In this document: positions 60,995-64,000 of the stretch, piece after piece
Numbering within the stretch: the first letter of the stretch is position 1
Layout of the letters: every line of letters begins with the position of its first letter
Assembly: GCA_937892945.1 (NCBI GenBank)
Contig: CALBIL010000058.1
Span: 27,961-91,960 of the forward strand
Reading direction: 5' to 3'
Length of the DNA stretch: 64,000 nucleotides
DNA from: an uncultured euryarchaeote
GTDB lineage: Archaea; Thermoplasmatota; Poseidoniia; Poseidoniales; Poseidoniaceae
The notes under the pieces: generated by a model
Seen by the model: the letters and a program-made list of their open reading frames with translations, nothing else
What the model was told of the DNA's origin: nothing
Database searches by the model: none
Made by a program: the position numbers and the translations under genes

Positions 60995-63136
60995 ATGATG
61001 GATAATATACCAATGATTGCTGCTGCAGCAGGTCTTGTCGGACTTGTGATTGCGTTTATACTGTACCAACAAGTCAACAAAGTGAAAATTGATGACGAAA
61101 AAGTTGCCAGTATTACCAAAGAAATTCAAGAAGGTGCGATGGCGTTCCTTGTTGCTGAATACAAAGTTCTCGCAATATTCGTCGTTGTCGTCGGTGCAGT
61201 TCTTGCTTTATTGAATGATGTTGAAACATCCATCGCTTTCTTTGCTGGTGCAATTGCTTCCGTTATCGCAGGCTTCTCTGGAATGCGTGCTGCTACTTCT
61301 GCTAACGGCAGAACTACCATGGCCGCTAAGACCGATGGTCGAGCAGGTGCTTTGGCAGTTTCATACAACGGTGGAGCTGTTATGGGCCTCTCTGTTGGAG
61401 GCCTTGGACTTCTTGGAATCTCACTGGTCGCATTCTGGCTTGGTGCTGGAGATGATGGCTCTGACCTTTCTGCTGCGGCAGGATTCGGAATGGGTGCTTC
61501 ATCCATTGCGCTCTTTGCTCGTGTCGGTGGCGGTATTTACACCAAGGCTGCTGACGTCGGTGCTGACCTCGTTGGTAAAGTCGAAGCAGGTATTCCTGAA
61601 GACGATCCACGAAATCCTGGAGTTATCGCAGATAACGTTGGTGACAATGTCGGCGACGTTGCTGGAATGGGTGCCGATATCTTCGAATCGTTCGTTGGTT
61701 CCATTATCGCAGCAATGATTATTGCAAGCTCTGATGGTTTTGGCGGAGTTGGCTTTGCAGGTTCTTCTGATTACGTCATGATGCCAATTATGCTCGGTCT
61801 CATAGGCTACCTTGCTTCGATTATCGGCGTCTTCTCAATGTATGTTCTCAAGAACGGTAAGGATGCAGCAGCAGCCCTCCGTAACACCACTTTCATTGCA
61901 GCAATTTTGTTTTGGGCTGGTGGCTATCTTTCCATCAACCAAGGCTTGATCGATGTCGAAATCGGTGTCATGCACTCGGTTGTTCTCGGCAGTGTGGTCG
62001 GAATCCTGATTGGAATTGTCACAGAATACTACACTGGTATTGAACCCGTTTTCGGAATTAAAACCAAGGCAATTCAACACATTGGACACATGTCAAAAAC
62101 AGGTCCAGCAACCAATGCTATCGCAGGTCTCTCGGTTGGCATGATGTCGACCTTCGTTCCAATCTTGCTCATTGCTGCAGGTATACTTGGGGCAAACCAC
62201 TTCGGTGGAGAAGTCTACGGCCTCTACTGTATTGCTATGGCTGCAATGGGTATGCTCGCTACTGTCGGTGTGACCATGACGGTCGATGCTTACGGCCCAG
62301 TTGTTGATAATGCAGGTGGAATCGCTGAGATGGGCGGTCTTGGTGCTGATGTCCGAGCAATTACTGATGAACTCGATTCAATTGGAAACACAACTGCTGC
62401 AGTTGGTAAAGGATTCGCAATTGGGTCCGCTGCTTTGACTGCACTCGCATTATTTGCTGCCTACATGGCTGCAATCGGCGGAGACATGAATTTGTCACTC
62501 GACAACCCGATGGTTGTTGTTGGTCTTCTTATCGGTGGGGGTCTACCCTTCGTTGTTGCTGCAATGACCATGACTTCAGTCGGAAAAGCTGCAGGCGATA
62601 TGGTTGTTGAAATCCGTCGTCAATTTGCAGTTATGAGAAAGGCTCTCGAAGCAGATACTCCAGATGGTGTGGACGTGACTGATGTATCAACTTGGCCGAC
62701 ACAAATTGAAGCCGAAGGAAACATGTATCCTGACAGTGCTTCCTGCGTTGATATTTCGACCAAGGCAGCCCTTCGTGAGATGGTCGGCCCTGGTGTTGTT
62801 GCTATCCTCGCTCCAGTTCTCGTAGGTCTTGCACTTGGCTGGGACGCTCTCGGCGGTCTTCTTGCTGGTTCTTTGGTCACAGGTGTTCTCATGGCTTTGT
62901 TCATGGCGAATGCAGGTGGGGCTTGGGACAATGCAAAGAAAGCAATCGAACAAGGCCACATTGAAGGTGCAAAGAAAGGCGATGATGCTCACGAAGCAGC
63001 TGTTATCGGCGACACCATCGGAGATCCATTCAAGGACACATCGGGTCCATCACTCAATATTCTCATCAAGTTGATGTCCATTGTCGCAGTGGTGCTTGCT
63101 GGAACCGGTCAACTCTCACAAACCGGACTTCTTTGA
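60995..63136 (+). CDS. hppA: Membrane-bound H+-translocating inorganic pyrophosphatase.
   Basis: Motifs seen are [49 protein letters not shown] and [21 protein letters not shown], across about 15-16 TM helices. The start is set to ATG 60995 ([18 protein letters not shown]). Confidence 0.95.
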   Translation: MMDNIPMIAAAAGLVGLVIAFILYQQVNKVKIDDEKVASITKEIQEGAMAFLVAEYKVLAIFVVVVGAVLALLNDVETSIAFFAGAIASVIAGFSGMRAATSANGRTTMAAKTDGRAGALAVSYNGGAVMGLSVGGLGLLGISLVAFWLGAGDDGSDLSAAAGFGMGASSIALFARVGGGIYTKAADVGADLVGKVEAGIPEDDPRNPGVIADNVGDNVGDVAGMGADIFESFVGSIIAAMIIASSDGFGGVGFAGSSDYVMMPIMLGLIGYLASIIGVFSMYVLKNGKDAAAALRNTTFIAAILFWAGGYLSINQGLIDVEIGVMHSVVLGSVVGILIGIVTEYYTGIEPVFGIKTKAIQHIGHMSKTGPATNAIAGLSVGMMSTFVPILLIAAGILGANHFGGEVYGLYCIAMAAMGMLATVGVTMTVDAYGPVVDNAGGIAEMGGLGADVRAITDELDSIGNTTAAVGKGFAIGSAALTALALFAAYMAAIGGDMNLSLDNPMVVVGLLIGGGLPFVVAAMTMTSVGKAAGDMVVEIRRQFAVMRKALEADTPDGVDVTDVSTWPTQIEAEGNMYPDSASCVDISTKAALREMVGPGVVAILAPVLVGLALGWDALGGLLAGSLVTGVLMALFMANAGGAWDNAKKAIEQGHIEGAKKGDDAHEAAVIGDTIGDPFKDTSGPSLNILIKLMSIVAVVLAGTGQLSQTGLL

Positions 63137-63184
63137 TTTATCTTGAAGCGTTAGCCTCATGAAGAAAGCCCGTTAGGGTTAGTC

Positions 63185-64000
63185 ATGGGCCGTAGGTTCG
63201 AAGTCACCGTGATGTTACTGCTCTTGCTCTGCACCAGCGTTTTAGCAGGTTGTACAACAGGAACCTTAGCATCATCTGAAAACGACTCAACGACTGAAGA
63301 ACAGAAACTGCTTCCTGAATGGGAAGTTGGTAATCAGTGGCTCTATACCTTCATCACTCCACAATTCGGTGAAGACAGTGCTCGATTAGTCGTTGCCGAA
63401 GTTGACGCTGAAGAAGGTGTCTACACACTCGGCATCTCTTCTGAGCGAGAGGCACAACGCCATGCCGTCATCAATCACAATCCATTCATTGGAAGAATTA
63501 CACTTGACGGACTATCTGTTTATGAAAACGGTGAATCGCAACAAGTCTTCTCTTTCCCATGGACAGTCGGTGATACCTGGGGATTCACTTTGTTCGGACA
63601 AGATTGGACAGCAACAACTGATTCCATCACCAACGGTAACGCTCGCGTCACAGCCACATCGGCTGAAGGACACGAAATATCCTACACCTTCAGTGGCTCC
63701 AATGGATTCCTCGAAAACTTTGTTTGGCGGGATGCAGAAGGCGTTCGCCAGTTGCGAATGGACCTCAATGTTGCTCGAGACAGCTACAGTGGCGATGTTT
63801 TCTTTTATCGTGCTCGTGATTTGATCGACAGAATGTATGAAGAGAATGACCAAGAAGTGTATGATACGTTTCTCGATGAAGGGCATCCTTCAGAAGGTGA
63901 TTGGAATACACTGGTGTGGTACCTTGATGTTGAAATAAGCCAAGGTGGTTCAGGTTCATTATCGATGAAAGACCATGCAGGTGCGTCTCCTTTGACGCGG
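63185..64000 (+). CDS. Secreted lipobox protein, N-terminal part only (continues beyond the window). It carries the same W-x-V-G-[DN]-x-W-x-Y motif as the giants at the other end of the window.
   Basis: Absent from the ORF track because it has no stop in the window. ATG 63185 opens a frame that stays open to 64000 in my manual translation. It begins MGRRFEVTVMLLLLLCTSVLAGC, followed by PEWEVGNQWLYTF and later FPWTVGDTWGF. Confidence 0.65.
   Translation, partial: MGRRFEVTVMLLLLLCTSVLAGCTTGTLASSENDSTTEEQKLLPEWEVGNQWLYTFITPQFGEDSARLVVAEVDAEEGVYTLGISSEREAQRHAVINHNPFIGRITLDGLSVYENGESQQVFSFPWTVGDTWGFTLFGQDWTATTDSITNGNARVTATSAEGHEISYTFSGSNGFLENFVWRDAEGVRQLRMDLNVARDSYSGDVFFYRARDLIDRMYEENDQEVYDTFLDEGHPSEGDWNTLVWYLDVEISQGGSGSLSMKDHAGASPLTR

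Noticed and set aside
61126-61718. Long antisense or out-of-frame ORFs inside real genes. Examples: 61126..61506 and 61215..61718 in hppA, 55894..56370 in arlJ, 24315..24734 in ileS, 42721..43131, 31171..31545, 32927..33310, 63393..63886.
   Set aside because: These are shadow ORFs of long, well-supported genes. They have biased low-complexity composition, no motifs, and no independent start signals.
1-64000. Search for tRNA, rRNA, other structured RNA genes, CRISPR arrays, transposases, integrases, toxin-antitoxin or known defence systems.
   Set aside because: Every stretch longer than ~160 nt is occupied by a supported ORF. By eye, the spacers contain no cloverleaf-like or long conserved stem structures. 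No protein shows nuclease/integrase/transposase motifs. A covariance-model scan (tRNAscan-SE, Infernal) would be needed to be certain.

Overview
This is an archaeal chromosomal window, shown by a TATA-box binding protein, a mevalonate kinase, a complete archaellum operon, TATA-type promoter signals and strong Shine-Dalgarno sites. It is extremely gene-dense. I count about 45 protein genes, most spacers are under 160 nt, and several convergent genes abut or overlap. I found no rRNA, tRNA, CRISPR array, transposase, integrase or recognisable defence system. The gene content suggests a streamlined marine planktonic euryarchaeote, possibly Marine Group II / Poseidoniales. That assignment is inference only and cannot be confirmed without a database search.

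Housekeeping and repair genes:
- Information processing and DNA repair: tbp, cysS, ileS, mutY, nth, family X DNA polymerase (PolX), MutS2-like ATPase.
- Metabolism and redox: mvk, nadE, trhO, thioredoxin, Bcp peroxiredoxin, Nfu, H+-pyrophosphatase, a fused aconitase X (AcnX), and a membrane-bound Fe-S oxidoreductase resembling heterodisulfide reductase HdrED and the ETF-linked oxidoreductase EtfD.

Roughly one third of the window encodes very large secreted or membrane-anchored proteins, scattered among the housekeeping genes rather than grouped in an island:
- two tandem paralogous giants with a shared uncharacterised N-terminal module, one carrying PKD repeats;
- a 1709-aa giant with a MAM-like domain;
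- a 1719-aa polytopic giant built of CARDB-like repeats;
- a surface enzyme combining a lamin-tail domain (LTD) with an amidohydrolase;
- a protein combining collagen-like triplets, EF-hand-like loops and ELWxxDG repeats;
- a BNR/Asp-box lipoprotein and two S15 peptidases.

The best candidate for something undescribed is a co-directional, tightly packed 14.6 kb block (42277-56900). In it, an uncharacterised three-gene envelope module sits directly 5' of a non-canonical archaellum operon. The module is a small TerB-like protein, the 1719-aa CARDB giant with a five-TM anchor, and a polyproline/coiled-coil protein. The operon has two sequon-free archaellins with two Cys each, an orphan acidic protein in the ArlC/D/E slot, arlF-G-H-I-J, and an extra proline-rich membrane protein.

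Many ORF-track starts are alternative-codon (GTG/TTG) extensions. I trimmed them where they overlap neighbours or precede a clear signal peptide or conserved N-terminus.
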